Source: Cirrosporium novae-zelandiae (taxonomy: Eukaryota). From it: 64,000 nucleotides of DNA. The stretch lies in the NCBI GenBank assembly GCA_026023565.1, contig JAPETS010000001.1, forward strand, positions 1,116,001 to 1,180,000. Reading direction: 5' to 3'. The position numbers and the translations under genes were made by a program. Positions 27,722 to 39,127 of the stretch are shown here, piece by piece. Below the pieces are notes generated by a model, which was given only the letters and a program-made list of their open reading frames with translations, was not told the origin of the DNA and made no database searches. Positions within the stretch are counted from its first letter, which is position 1. Each line of letters starts with the position of its first letter.

Positions 27722-28606
27722 GGTGTAACTGGTGTGGATATTGTTGACTGAGGTCTGGAATCTAAGATAGAGAGCTCACCGTATAATGGTAGCCCTAGGG
27801 TACTCGAGTATATGCCCTATTAGTCTAACCTAATAGGGAACCATAACAGTTGGGTCAGGGTTGCACGCTATGGTATGAATTCGGATCTTTATATTTTTTT
27901 AGATTAATATGAAACATTTAAATTTTCGTTAAATTACATAGGAAAATGATTAAGACATGAGTACAAGCTACCGCAAAGTAAACTGCCCAAGGGTGGTTCG
28001 TATGTAACTAGGATTTTCAACTACCTATCACTAGATCCCTGTTTGCTATAAAACGATCTATCTAAGTGGGATCGGATATTTAAGATAGTACAGACACAAA
28101 CTTATCTATACGACTAAAGTTAGAAGAAGCCTGCTAAATGTTTTATCTTGTTGTAAATAATATCCTAGGCCGAGGAGGGTTCGCATGTTTAAAGGTGCAG
28201 TCGCTTAAAAATGAAAGCGACTAAGTCTAGAAAAGTGACCTTAGGGAGGACTTCAAATCGAAATTTTATTAAAAATTGATTTTGTTTGAAGGCCTCCCCA
28301 AGATCACTTTTCTGGGTCTGGTCGCTTTCATTTTCATTTTTATCAAAAGGTATAATGCACCATAAAAAATACTCTAGAATCAGGACTGAAGGCTTCATGG
28401 TCATACGTCAGTGCAAATCTAGTTTATTGAACTATTAGTCGTCCCTTTTCTATACCTCAGCCGAAATCTGTAGTAAAAGCTATCTCCAAAGAGGTATCAT
28501 AAAAAGAGGAAGTTCTGTTAGGATAATGGGCTCAATAAGGCTCTTATCTAGGTGTAACTGGTGTAGATTCTATGACTTAAGGTCTAAATCTATGGTGCAA
28601 GGCTCA
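27722..28606. repeat. Two diverged ~57-bp direct repeats (27722-27778 and 28551-28606)
   Basis: Both begin GGTGTAACTGGTGT (14 nt exact) and continue ..GAT..TGACT..AGGTCT..AATCTA..GCTCA. Confidence 0.6.
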
Positions 28607-28693
28607 GGAATCTATATACAATATGATGTCACGTGTATGTGGCTTGGCATCCATAACAAGTTCAGCGCGTTCGCGGACTCTTAGGTGTAATAG

Positions 28694-28885
28694 GCATTAA
28701 CCATTCACATCGAACATATTCAATCCTTTCTTATCACGATTACTCCATCCTCCATCCTCGGCAAGTCTCAGAAGCCGCCATTCACATTCAATGTCCTTTT
28801 CCGCGAATTTTTTCATGATCACATTGGCAATACGTTCGAAATTCTTGGTCGCTAGTGCAAAAATCGTAGGGCCTGCTCCAGATAA
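28694..28885 (-). pseudogene. Tandem duplicated, decayed copy of the THR1 3' end
   Basis: Aligns with 28886-29070 with 17 substitutions and a 7-bp insertion (CCATCCT). Confidence 0.93.
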
Positions 28886-28911
28886 GCATTAACCATTCCC
28901 ATCGAACACGT

Positions 28912-30172
28912 TCAATCCTTTCTTGTCACGGTTGCTCCATCCTCGGCAGGTTTCAGGAGCCGCCATTCACATTTAATATCCTTTTCCGCGAATTTCTTCA
29001 TGATCACATTGGCAATACGTTCGAAATTCTCGGTCGCTAGTGCAAGAATCGTAGGGCCTGCCCCAGAGAGGCATATTCCCAAAAGGCCAGGATGAGTGGA
29101 CGGCGTTACCGATTGAAGTATCTCTGTAAGACCTGGTATCAGTGTCTTGCGATATGGCTGATGCAACTTGTCTTGCATTGCCTTATATATGAGATTTGGA
29201 TTTGGAGGAGATTTTCCAAGGGCTGAGGTTAATAGGGGTATCCTTTGCATGTTAAAAACCTGCACGTAATTAGCCAAGTCTATGTACTCTAAGCATGAAG
29301 CTCACAATATCTTTGCGGGAATATGTTTCTGGTAGGACAGCACGCGCCTCAGCTGTAGCGACTTCGAAATGTGGGATAATTGCGATGGCTTGAATTTCTG
29401 GGGCCCATCTGAACCGTTCATAATGACCAATCCCAACAGGAGGCTCTGGGGGCTTTAGACCGGTGTCCTTCCCGCCAGCAGGTGCTGGCAAGACCTCACT
29501 CAAGGGTATTTCTATCCTTGCCATATCAGCGGGGTCCAGTTCGTTGAGATAGGTACCAACAAAGCCCCCGTAAAGCGCAGCAGCTACATTGTCTGGAGAC
29601 ATCAGGACTTCATTCTTAGCTAACAGTATGAGTTTATCATTTTACCTGGATGTCTTTCAATCATGAGGCAGTAGTCTAGCAGTCTCTCCTTGGGCAACTG
29701 GAAATTGCCAACCTCATTCCCGAGAATAACTCCAGCAACTACCGCAGCACCGGAGGAACCAAGACCTCTACCGAGAGGAATAGGATTCTTGATGTGGACT
29801 TTTGTGCCATGAGGAAATGCTGTCTGACCATGACAGCGAAGAACGTAGAGGGCGGTTCGGGTGATCAAGTTAGAATCGGCGTCGAGTGGGACCTCAGTTT
29901 CTCCTTCCCCTTCGTATGTTACATGACAATTTAGAGGGGAGGAGACAAGGTCATCGGAATCGATTTGGACGTGGAGCTCGAGATAAACGGAAAGGGCAAG
30001 CCCAATAACATCGAAACCAGGGCCTTGCAAATGTCCAGTGAGCTTCTTCAATAGGAAGATACATTGCAGGCGTACCAATATTGGCTGAAGAACAAGGTAC
30101 CTCTATTAAGTCTATGTTAGCGAAATTGATGTCGAGAGGAGAACCGTATAGATACTCACTAATTGTAATCAT
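28912..30172 (-). CDS. THR1: Homoserine kinase
   Basis: VPCSSANIGPGFD, IPLGRGLGSSGAA (GHMP motif), ERHPDNV, DKLHQPYR, LSGAGPT; four introns. Confidence 0.97.
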
Positions 30173-30509
30173 AGCGTTAAGTGAATCAATGTATATAACA
30201 TATATGAGGTCAAAGTTGTTTAAGAAAAAATTGGCACTTCTCTTTTTTGGTCCTGGAGCAAATATTAATATTTTCTATGTCACACCCACCTTTCAGTGTG
30301 ATCTACTACGTTTGTGCCTAGTTACCGATCCAGCGAGCTCGGCGAGCTCGGACCACCGTCCCACTCACTATGCACTAAGAAGTTACGGTACAAAAAATAT
30401 TTTAAGGTTTTGGCAATCCCAGCCGTCATGCCCGTCAAATAACTTGGACTTAGAAATTTGAAGATTTGAGGAGAGCATATTATTGTCCAATATCACCAGA
30501 ACCTTCTGA

Positions 30510-33325
30510 ATGCTTAGCCACAGTCTCAAGAGCATCACTGCGCCTACATACGGCTCTGTCTGTTTTCGTTGTTTTCTCAGACAACCGAAAAACCACTTTC
30601 GATGGCACGCTCCTCGATGGCAAAGCACCCAGACAGCTATACCGCAGATCGAAACTATAGACTCTACTATTCCGATCGGCACACAACAGCTTCGTGAGCA
30701 GACAGCAGATGGAACGACCACATGTTTTCCTGATCTCCCTTCCGAGGAACAGAAACCCCAGAAGAAATTCCTTGGAAAAACGGAAAGTTTCAATGGCCCA
30801 GCCGAAGAGAAAGAAACGAACTTAGGTAACGAAAAAGGGGTAGAATCAAAACGCAATGAAAATGGTTCAAAAAAGAAAGAAAACAAGTCACCAAGGTCGA
30901 GACGAGGGAAGACAAAGTCTACTCCTAAGAGGACTCAATCCAATAAGAACGACGAATTGATGGCCGCCATTACAAAGGCCCTCGATAAATACAAACCGAG
31001 TTTAATTGAGATGAAAGAGTCTACCACAAAGGCGAAGCAGACCGTCGAGAAGTCTGAATTGGCTCCTCTTATCCAAAAGATGGCTAAAGAAATATCTGAT
31101 CTTGTTCGTATTTTCTGGCTCTGCAAGGTTGAGTACTACTAATTAACAATATTTAGGCAACGTCTAAACTCAACGTACAGAAAGTAGCCGGCAGTGCGAA
31201 GAAGGAAGGGAGAAGAGAAAAGAAAGAAACCAAAAAAAGAAATAAGAAGAACACCGTTGAAAAGGCTCGTAAGAAGGACATCCGGGATGATGACATGCTA
31301 TCAATCCGACCAGCCAGAAGGAAGGCATCTAAAATTGCTGCCGAGGAAACCATGGGGCTTCAAACACTGGGGACAGCATTCTCTAAGTTGAACGAGAACC
31401 AATCAATTGAAACTGCAATGAAGCGTCCTTCGACATCAGAGTCTATTAATACCTCGACACTGGAATCTATTAATGCCTCGGCATTGGATATTACCCGTAA
31501 GGATCATTTAGTCCTTCTGTGTTACTCATGCTAATAAAGAGAAAAGCGATTAATGTACCGAGACCTCCTGTCCCACGATTATCTTACGGGCTTGATCGGG
31601 TACTATTTAAGTATATTTCCCTTTATCATATCTCTTAATCTAAACCGCACGGAGGCTAATAATGTCCTTAGTCCTGGTGTCTGCTACCTTCAAGATCCAC
31701 GGTCACGAGTATACAATTTTGATCCATACCTCCAGAATATTATGCCCGTGGCCGATTTTGACTTTAATTCATTGAAAGAGTATATTACATCCTCTAAAGA
31801 TGAAACTCTTAGGGCTCTCGCACGGGAGCATGGGAAGAAGTATATTGGTTCGTCTTCTAGCATGACAAGTGCCTTGTCACATTTTCATTATTTGCTGTCC
31901 GGTTGGCGGCCAATCACTGCAAAAATGCTTTCGCAAAGTTTCACAGATCCACTTCGAACATTTACTGCCTTACAACGTACACCATCAGCCATATTTCTAC
32001 GCTATAAGGATGGAAGTTATGCCATAGATGCCGATAAAGAATTTGATTCTGCCAATATCCTCATGATGCTTGGTAAATCTCTCGAAAAGTTGTTAACGTT
32101 GCGAAGGGAAGACTATGAGAGATATCGGCGATCATCTTCAGAACAAATATCCCAAGAAGAGAAAAATGCGCCGGAGGCTTTTCATTATTGTACTATGGGC
32201 GATTTCCTGATGCGGTCCCAACTTGATGCATATGATCCGCGCTTACCAGGATCTGGCATGTTCGATCTAAAGACTAGGGCGGTGATATCGATACGCATGG
32301 ATGTGCAGAACTATGAAGAAGGTCTTGGCTACGAAATAAAAAAGAGTCATGGGGACTACGAATCTTTTGAACGAGAGTATTTTGATATGATTCGAGCAGC
32401 ATTCTTAAAGTATTCCTTACAGGTTCGAATGGGAAGAATGGACGGTATATATGTGGCATTCCATAATGTCGAAAGAATATTCGGCTTCCAATATATCAGT
32501 CTATCGGAAATGGATAGAAGTATCCACGGTACAGAAAATACAACACTCGGCGACCAGGAATTTAGGGTCAGCTTGAGATTTCTCAATCAGATCCTGGATC
32601 GCATAACCGAAAAGTATCCAGAACAATCTGTTCGGATACATTTCGAGGCACGAGAGACCAAAAAGACGGTAATGCGTATATTTGCGGAACCTATGACAGA
32701 GGAGCAAATTGTTGCGATTCAAACTAAAAACGCGAAACACATTGAAGCATTTGAACGTTCTATACTTGGGATTGGTAGCAATGCGAACGAGTCTTCTGAT
32801 GGTGATAATTCCGGGGATGAGAGGATAAATGAGGTAGAAAAGGAGGAGGGAATGTCACTAAATAACACCTCTATCACAGTTGAAAATTTGGATATGCTTG
32901 ATGACACTGAATTACCGAACCAACTTGAGGGAGAGGATGAGCAAGAGCCCGACCCTCAACCTCAAAATGACCTTCTGGCATTTGAATTGACTGTTAACAA
33001 TAAAGTCAACGGCAATGTGGTTCTGCGGCCAGACAACCTGAGTCAGGAGGATAACTGGTCAATCGAATACGAATTAAAGGAGCTTCCCGTTGGGCGCGAG
33101 ACTCAGAAGAAATACACAATGACTCAAGCAAGAAGGTCGTTGAAGCTGCAACTTGCGGCTCAAAATGAACAAGGGGGTCCAATAAGTTACTACGTTAAAA
33201 CATTACGAGATCTGGCAAAACAAGGGAGAGAGTGGAGGAAACAGTGTGATGAGATGGATGCTGAAAGAGCAAAAGTTGTTTTGGATTTGCGTACGCTCAA
33301 CGCAAAGGAAGCGAGTCCTGAGTAA
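30510..33325 (+). CDS. PET127: Mitochondrial RNA-processing protein Pet127
   Basis: LSYGLDRVLFN|PGV.YLQDPRSRVYNFDPYL, RSQLDAYD, FDLKTRAV, YSLQVRMGRMDGI. Introns about 31104-31156, 31497-31546, 31611-31671; presequence-like N-terminus. Confidence 0.93.
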
Positions 33326-34364
33326 TGCTAGGCGAAGACTAAATCTACTTGGATGTTTCGGTTCCGGTTCATTCTCAGCCCGTTTATGCAATCCAAGACA
33401 CCCAAAGCTTGGGATGGTATTGATATCGAATAGAGTTTGGGGTAAAAGGCCTCAGATCAGCTACCGGCAGCTGGGGTAATAAAGCAATTGTATGGTAAAA
33501 GATGAATAATGAGAGGGATAAAGATACAAAGGATAGCTATGTCTTTGCCGCACGGAAGGATCGGTCAAGGGCCTCCATCTTGATATGGTTGTCAGACCTC
33601 CCAAAGACCTAACCAGTGAAATGAATCAACCAACCGAATGGCGTGATGAATCTGGACGAAACTTCTTTGTATGGGGGTCCTCTTGGGTCAACACTTTTGT
33701 TGTATAGATATAATGTGAAATGTACGGGAAATGTGGTGTTTTCCTGGTTGGTTATTGTACAGTACAATACATGTACAAGAGTATCTGGAGGGTAGGGGGT
33801 CTAGTAACCCTAAAAGCTGAAGGAAGGAAATATGTAGAGAGAGAGGTGCAATGAATAATGACAAGTAATTTACTATATATAGAAAAGGCATTGATTGATT
33901 TGCCTGCGGCTCAAATTGTGTGTAGATAGAGTAGGACAAGGATTTCGTACGTGTTCTCTTCAGCGGGAACCCAAAATTCGAGAATTTTAGGTTACACAAA
34001 TTCTATATTCGTAATTTGATATACTTCATAGCAAGGGCAATAAAATTTAACAATGTACATGTACATTCTATAGCCAAAAGAATTTAAGTCAGTCCAGCAA
34101 AAGGGAGGTTAGGTATCTAGAGTAATTATTCGTGGCGTTAAGGATCGGCTCTCAATAAGGATATCTATCTATCTAATGCCTTTTATTTTGCTTGCTTGGT
34201 GTCTTCTTGCTAAGCACACCCAACGGTTGTTTCTATAGCTTCCCTCCATAGCTAAACCACCCCTCCTCCTTCTTCCCTCTCTCTTCCCCAATTGCTACCG
34301 CCGCCGTGTATAATTAACGCTTTTAGCATGTTGTGCACCATGATAAAATAACTGAAAATCGATA

Positions 34365-35021
34365 ATGATGACGACTGACTCTCTAGAGCTATCACTGGCT
34401 ACGGTTGGAGGAGACAACAGCGGCGGCGACGGGCAGCAACTAAAAATCCACCACCAACGACAACAACAACAAGCTGAATTTATTACCATTCGGAATCCTC
34501 CTTGGTATTATATGAAACTTCAATTGTATGTAATATATATATCCAACTACTATTACCACTCCCAGAAACAACTTTTTAAAAAAAAACTTGGCTATCATTA
34601 TTATTATCATTATTATGTATGATGCTAACCATTTCCTTCTTTGCACACCCACACAAACAGACTATCCAACCCTCCTCCTCCCCCTCCTTCAAAATCTCAA
34701 CCCCTCGACCCCATAACCACACGCGCCCACCTAACCTCCTCCCTTCAGCAATTCCTCGGTCTAACCGGCACCGCCATCCCCATCGACATCTTGAAGACCT
34801 CCTCCTCCTCAGAAGAAGAGGAGGGCAGTAGTAGTAGTCAAGAAGAAAAAATAATATGGATCCGGGTACCCCGTGAAGATGGTCAGGCTGTTAGAACCGC
34901 TATAGCGCAATGGATGGGCGGGAAAATGAGTAATCGAAATATTGCCTGGAGGATTTTGGGGGGGGGGGATTGGTTGAATGGGATTTCTGGGGGGGATGGG
35001 ATGGAGCTTTTTGATGTTTGA
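34365..35021 (+). CDS. POP8: RNase P/MRP subunit Pop8-like protein
   Basis: TIRNPPWYYMKLQL|...LTSSLQQFLGLTGTAIPIDIL...WIRVPREDG...AWRILG; intron 34526-34660 joins the two track ORFs in frame. Confidence 0.75.
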
Positions 35022-36202
35022 TGTTTGAAATTATCCACTCCCCCACCCTCTTTGTTCCGGAAAATATATCAAATGTTGATTTATCATCATTTGGTGCTCC
35101 TCTTCTTTTTTGCACCGCCGCCGAGTAAGGGTGTTATTGTTATTGCTTGCTCATAAAGAGAGAGAAAGAGAGAAAGAGAGAGACCTCAAAATTTCAGGTC
35201 TCACTTTCTTTTTTAAAAAGAAAACTCCCTCACAAGAATAAATAATGTGCGATATGACCTTCCTTCGACTTAACTTTACGGGTCGCTTGCCTCAAAAAGG
35301 CTCCCGGATTTACGAGGGATGTTTATTTATCTCCAAAGTCCGATTTTAAAGGAAGGAAAGGGGGTTTTATTTCTATACTATGATACTATGATATAGAAAG
35401 AAAGAAAGATATGGGAGGGAGGTGTTGTGTTTACGTAGAGAGAGTATGATGTATCATAATGGTTAGCTGTATAAGGTCGTTGGTGATACTGGATGGATAA
35501 TTGGGGGGTTCTGCGCGGGAGGAGGCCCTGTGTCTTGGGGAATAGTGAGATTATATGATAACTGTGACTATGTCTACTGTGTGCAAACGGCGAGGACTGC
35601 GGAACGATGATAACTTTATCGGTGTCAAATGAGAAATGCGGCAGATAAGAAAGCTAAAGAATGGATAGGAGATTGAATGGGGTCATATCATCATCATGTC
35701 TAAACATCGGTTCGGTTATGTAAAGTACTGTAGCAGGGTTGCCGCTTATCGTGATAGCTATCGTTAACTAGTTTATAAATTTCATATCCAGGCCTCTAAT
35801 CTAGACATCTCATTCTATTTTTCCAATGTCGTAGGCATTAAATCCAAACGTCTTCATGTTTGGGGTATAGTGCTATGGTTGTCAAGCACGCACCTCCAGA
35901 GCTTACTAAATCGGAGGGTTCGGCCAGATATATAGTGGCAAGAAGCTTGAATATCTGAATCCGTTGCTGCCCTTGATGCGAGTATGGTGGCGAGTGGGAT
36001 GGATGATAAGCATATCAAGAGAGTATAACAGAAGACTGCGCAGGTAGCCGAGGATGTAGAAAGATGATACCAGAAGCATGAAATGAATATTCAGGGTTAG
36101 GGTGATGAATCCGCAAGCAAGGTCTAAATCTTTCCTCTTAATCATCTTCAGAAGTTACCTCGAGAACCTTATGTGTCAAGCCACTAGTGGGCCCATTTTT
36201 TT

Positions 36203-36904
36203 TCAAGAGGACTGCGCTTGGTTCCTTGATTTCTCGCGTAGTTTTTCTATGATGGCATCTACTTCATTCATGTTGCTAGCATCTACTCTCTCCGGTGCAA
36301 TTTCCGAAGGTAACGCCTTCACAGCGGCATCAGCGCCCGGCTGGAAATTTCGAATGGCAGACGAGAGTGCGTATATTGCTTTTCGGCGAACAGCTTCGTT
36401 GGGTTCTGATAGGGAGAGATTGACAAGGGTAGGCAGAGCGGAGTGGGAAAAGAGCTGTTAGGCTCAGTTAGTATTTCGTTCTTGTATTAAATAGTCTCTG
36501 GCGAAGAATCTAAGATGTGCTACCTTTTGCTGTGCCTTTTCATTGTTTTGTACTGCTGTTCCTACACACCAGCAAGCCATTTTCCGTATATCTTCTTCCT
36601 CGTTGGCCAACTGTCCCACTAGGGGCTCCCACAGCTTTAATTGTTCCAGGTTATTCGCATTATCGATCCCCTCGACCAGCTGCTCAAAGTTGTCGAATGC
36701 TACGAGCTTGTTCTCAAGTGAAATGTCGGGAGACTGGATCGCAGACATTGATTGTAGCATTAGTTCGGCATCGGAGGGGCCGCCCATGAGAGCCGCGAGA
36801 ATTTCTGGATTTAGGTCGGATGAGGGAGGAGGGGCGCCAGGTTCGGTGCTTGCGGAGGAGTTCTCGACGGACCATTTGAGGAGGGTGTTTAGGTTGGCGT
36901 CCAT
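36203..36904 (-). CDS. FES1: Hsp70 nucleotide exchange factor Fes1
   Basis: [38 protein letters not shown]; exon 2 [19 protein letters not shown] ending TGA at 36203. Confidence 0.94.
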
Positions 36905-37018
36905 TGTGGCGGTAGAGGGATATTTCTTTTAGAGGAGATGATTGTGATAGTATTTAGTAGAATGAGAGATAGTAGAGTTGATTGATGAAGAGTCGCATCT
37001 AAAAAAGATGAAAGAATT

Positions 37019-37048
37019 TGACGTCAAGGTTCTCGAAGCTGCTCGAAA
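37019..37048. promoter_or_regulatory. CRE (TGACGTCA) plus heat-shock-element-like array upstream of FES1
   Basis: TGACGTCA at 37019-37026, then gTTCt-cGAAg-ctgct-cGAAa at 37029-37048, about 120-140 nt upstream of the FES1 ATG. Confidence 0.6.
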
Positions 37049-37355
37049 GTCGGGCAGAAAAAGCCATTCGGTGTGGAAGACGGTAGGAATTGAAGCCTTA
37101 GAGTCTATTGTGGTTACGGTATGACCTCAGGCCATCTTTCTCTCGCAGTTTTTGCTTTGTTTTTATCTAGCCAATTAAAAAAGTCTTATTCCTTGAGACA
37201 GGCAGACTTTGATTTCTTCTGGGTGGAAATGATCCCTTGGATAGCGTTTTTCTTCCTTCATTGCCTACTTTCAATAGGTAGAAATGAAAGCAACAAGCAT
37301 TTTGTTTCCGCCTTATAAATGATACGAACTATCCCTTTCAAAGGTAATCCTCTAG

Positions 37356-38128
37356 TCATTTTCCATGCATAATAACTCTTTCTTCAATCGGTTTAAATGT
37401 TTTCTCATCTAGGGTCCCCGTCAGCTTTCCAAACACCATCTGCGCCTTCAGAGCCCAACTCTCTGGGATATCCCACTCCGTTTGGAGCCTCACATCGATT
37501 AGGGGGTTGTAGTGTTGGAGGTTGACGCCTAACCCTTCGGATTCGAGAGCGGTCCAAATGGCATACTGGTGCATTCCGTTTGTTTGTTCGGACCCTTGAT
37601 CGAGGGTTAGTGAGAATAAGTGATATTGAATCCTGGCAACAAAGGACTGGTAAAGATGGGGTGATTCACGTACAGCCAGGGAACCTGCTAGCGTATGTTT
37701 TGAACTTATCTGAAAATTCACGAACGATTTCGTCGTCTTCGTAGAAAAGAATCTGTTAATGCAAATGCCACTGGGAGTTAGAACAATACCTATGACTGTA
37801 ACATCCATATTGTTATAAAAAGATATAGTTATACCGTTCCATAGGCTGCCCCAAACATCTTGAATTTCTGTACAGCATGCTCAAACTTCCCCTTCTACAA
37901 TTGTTGCTTGTACACCTCCGTAATGAAGTTCCAACACTTTTTATGCTCGTCTTTCAACAGAACTACGTATCTTGTGGTCTGCGAATTGAATGCAGAGGGC
38001 ACGTTCCTAACAGCATGAGTCACGATTTCCTGGATCTTGGAATCCGGAATTGTGCTTTCAGCAGCCAGAGCATAGATACTTCGACGCTTTTCGATGGCGC
38101 TCTTGAGGGTAATAGTGTTGGAAGCCAT
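37356..38128 (-). pseudogene. Nitroreductase family (Hbn1/Frm2-like) gene with one in-frame TAG
   Basis: RRSIYAL, VPSAFNSQTTR, then TAG at 37897-37895 followed in frame by KGKFEHA...AAYGT|ILFYED...FPG|WSEQTNGMHQYAIWTAL...NLQHYNPLID...LKAQMVFG. Confidence 0.8.
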
Positions 38129-39127
38129 TTTAAAGGGGGTGGTTAGAGTGCCTGAGGATGGAGAGGAGGGGAATTGATAAATGGGAATGGTGGAAGCAAT
38201 AGGAGATGAAAAAGGAAAGTAAGTTTTGCCGAATGGGGAACCGAAAATTTATAGGAAAATATATTCGAATGTACTTCAATCAGCGAGATACGTTGTGATA
38301 GCCCACTATGTTTTTGCCTTATCTGAGTAAGGTCATGGTCGAATCGGTTATTATAACGTACCTAAGTACCTAGGTAGGTAAACACTCAAGCCTTGCTCGA
38401 GCATAGATAACTGCTTCTTAGGAGCTAATAAGATATTCCAATTACAACTTGAAATTGAATTTGAGTTGTACGATGACGGCTATAGCTTCCATGTTACCAA
38501 TATGTATACATGTGCTACTGTGTTGAACTAGACCTACTAAACACCGAGAAATCTTGTCGCGAGTTGCTTCTGCCAGTTACGATTGTGTTTTCTGAATGCG
38601 ATCGGGTTGATCGGATTGATCAGATTTAGAACCTTAAACACAGAACTATAACCTAAGACCAAAGGGAGAATCAAAAGGAGGCGGAGAAGAGGTCAGGGAT
38701 GCGATTTGATATTTTTCTCTGATTAGACATGTTATAGCCGTTTTTATTTGTTTAGACACTTGTTGAATCCTAATATGGAGTTTTTTAGTCCTGACTAATC
38801 ATATAGTCAAGACGCTTTTTTCAACCATAGCAATGCCCTAGGGATTGACACGCGCATCTCTTCAATAAAATCTCCTTCAAAAACTGTTAGCACACGAAAA
38901 TCCTATGCGGACACCAGATCATGCCTCTGCTAACGCCAGGCCGTCCTTGAGTGATAACTAGACCTTTCCTGACCTTGCCCTAGAGTGCCGTCCAGACACC
39001 TCGCTATGCCGAAAATAGAACCCACACCGAAATCGACATATTTGCATATTTACCCTACTAACGCCCACGTATCACCATATACTAGTTTTCCTAGTGTTAT
39101 AATAACCCATAACCCAAAAAATTTAGA

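Noticed and set aside
34021..34031. TACTTCATAG resembling the U3 snoRNA 5' box
   Set aside because: No box A, B, C or D in register.
37338..37358. Nitroreductase stop in a TGA-CTAG readthrough context
   Set aside because: The extension ends in DYL, which is not a PTS1, and the gene already has an upstream TAG.
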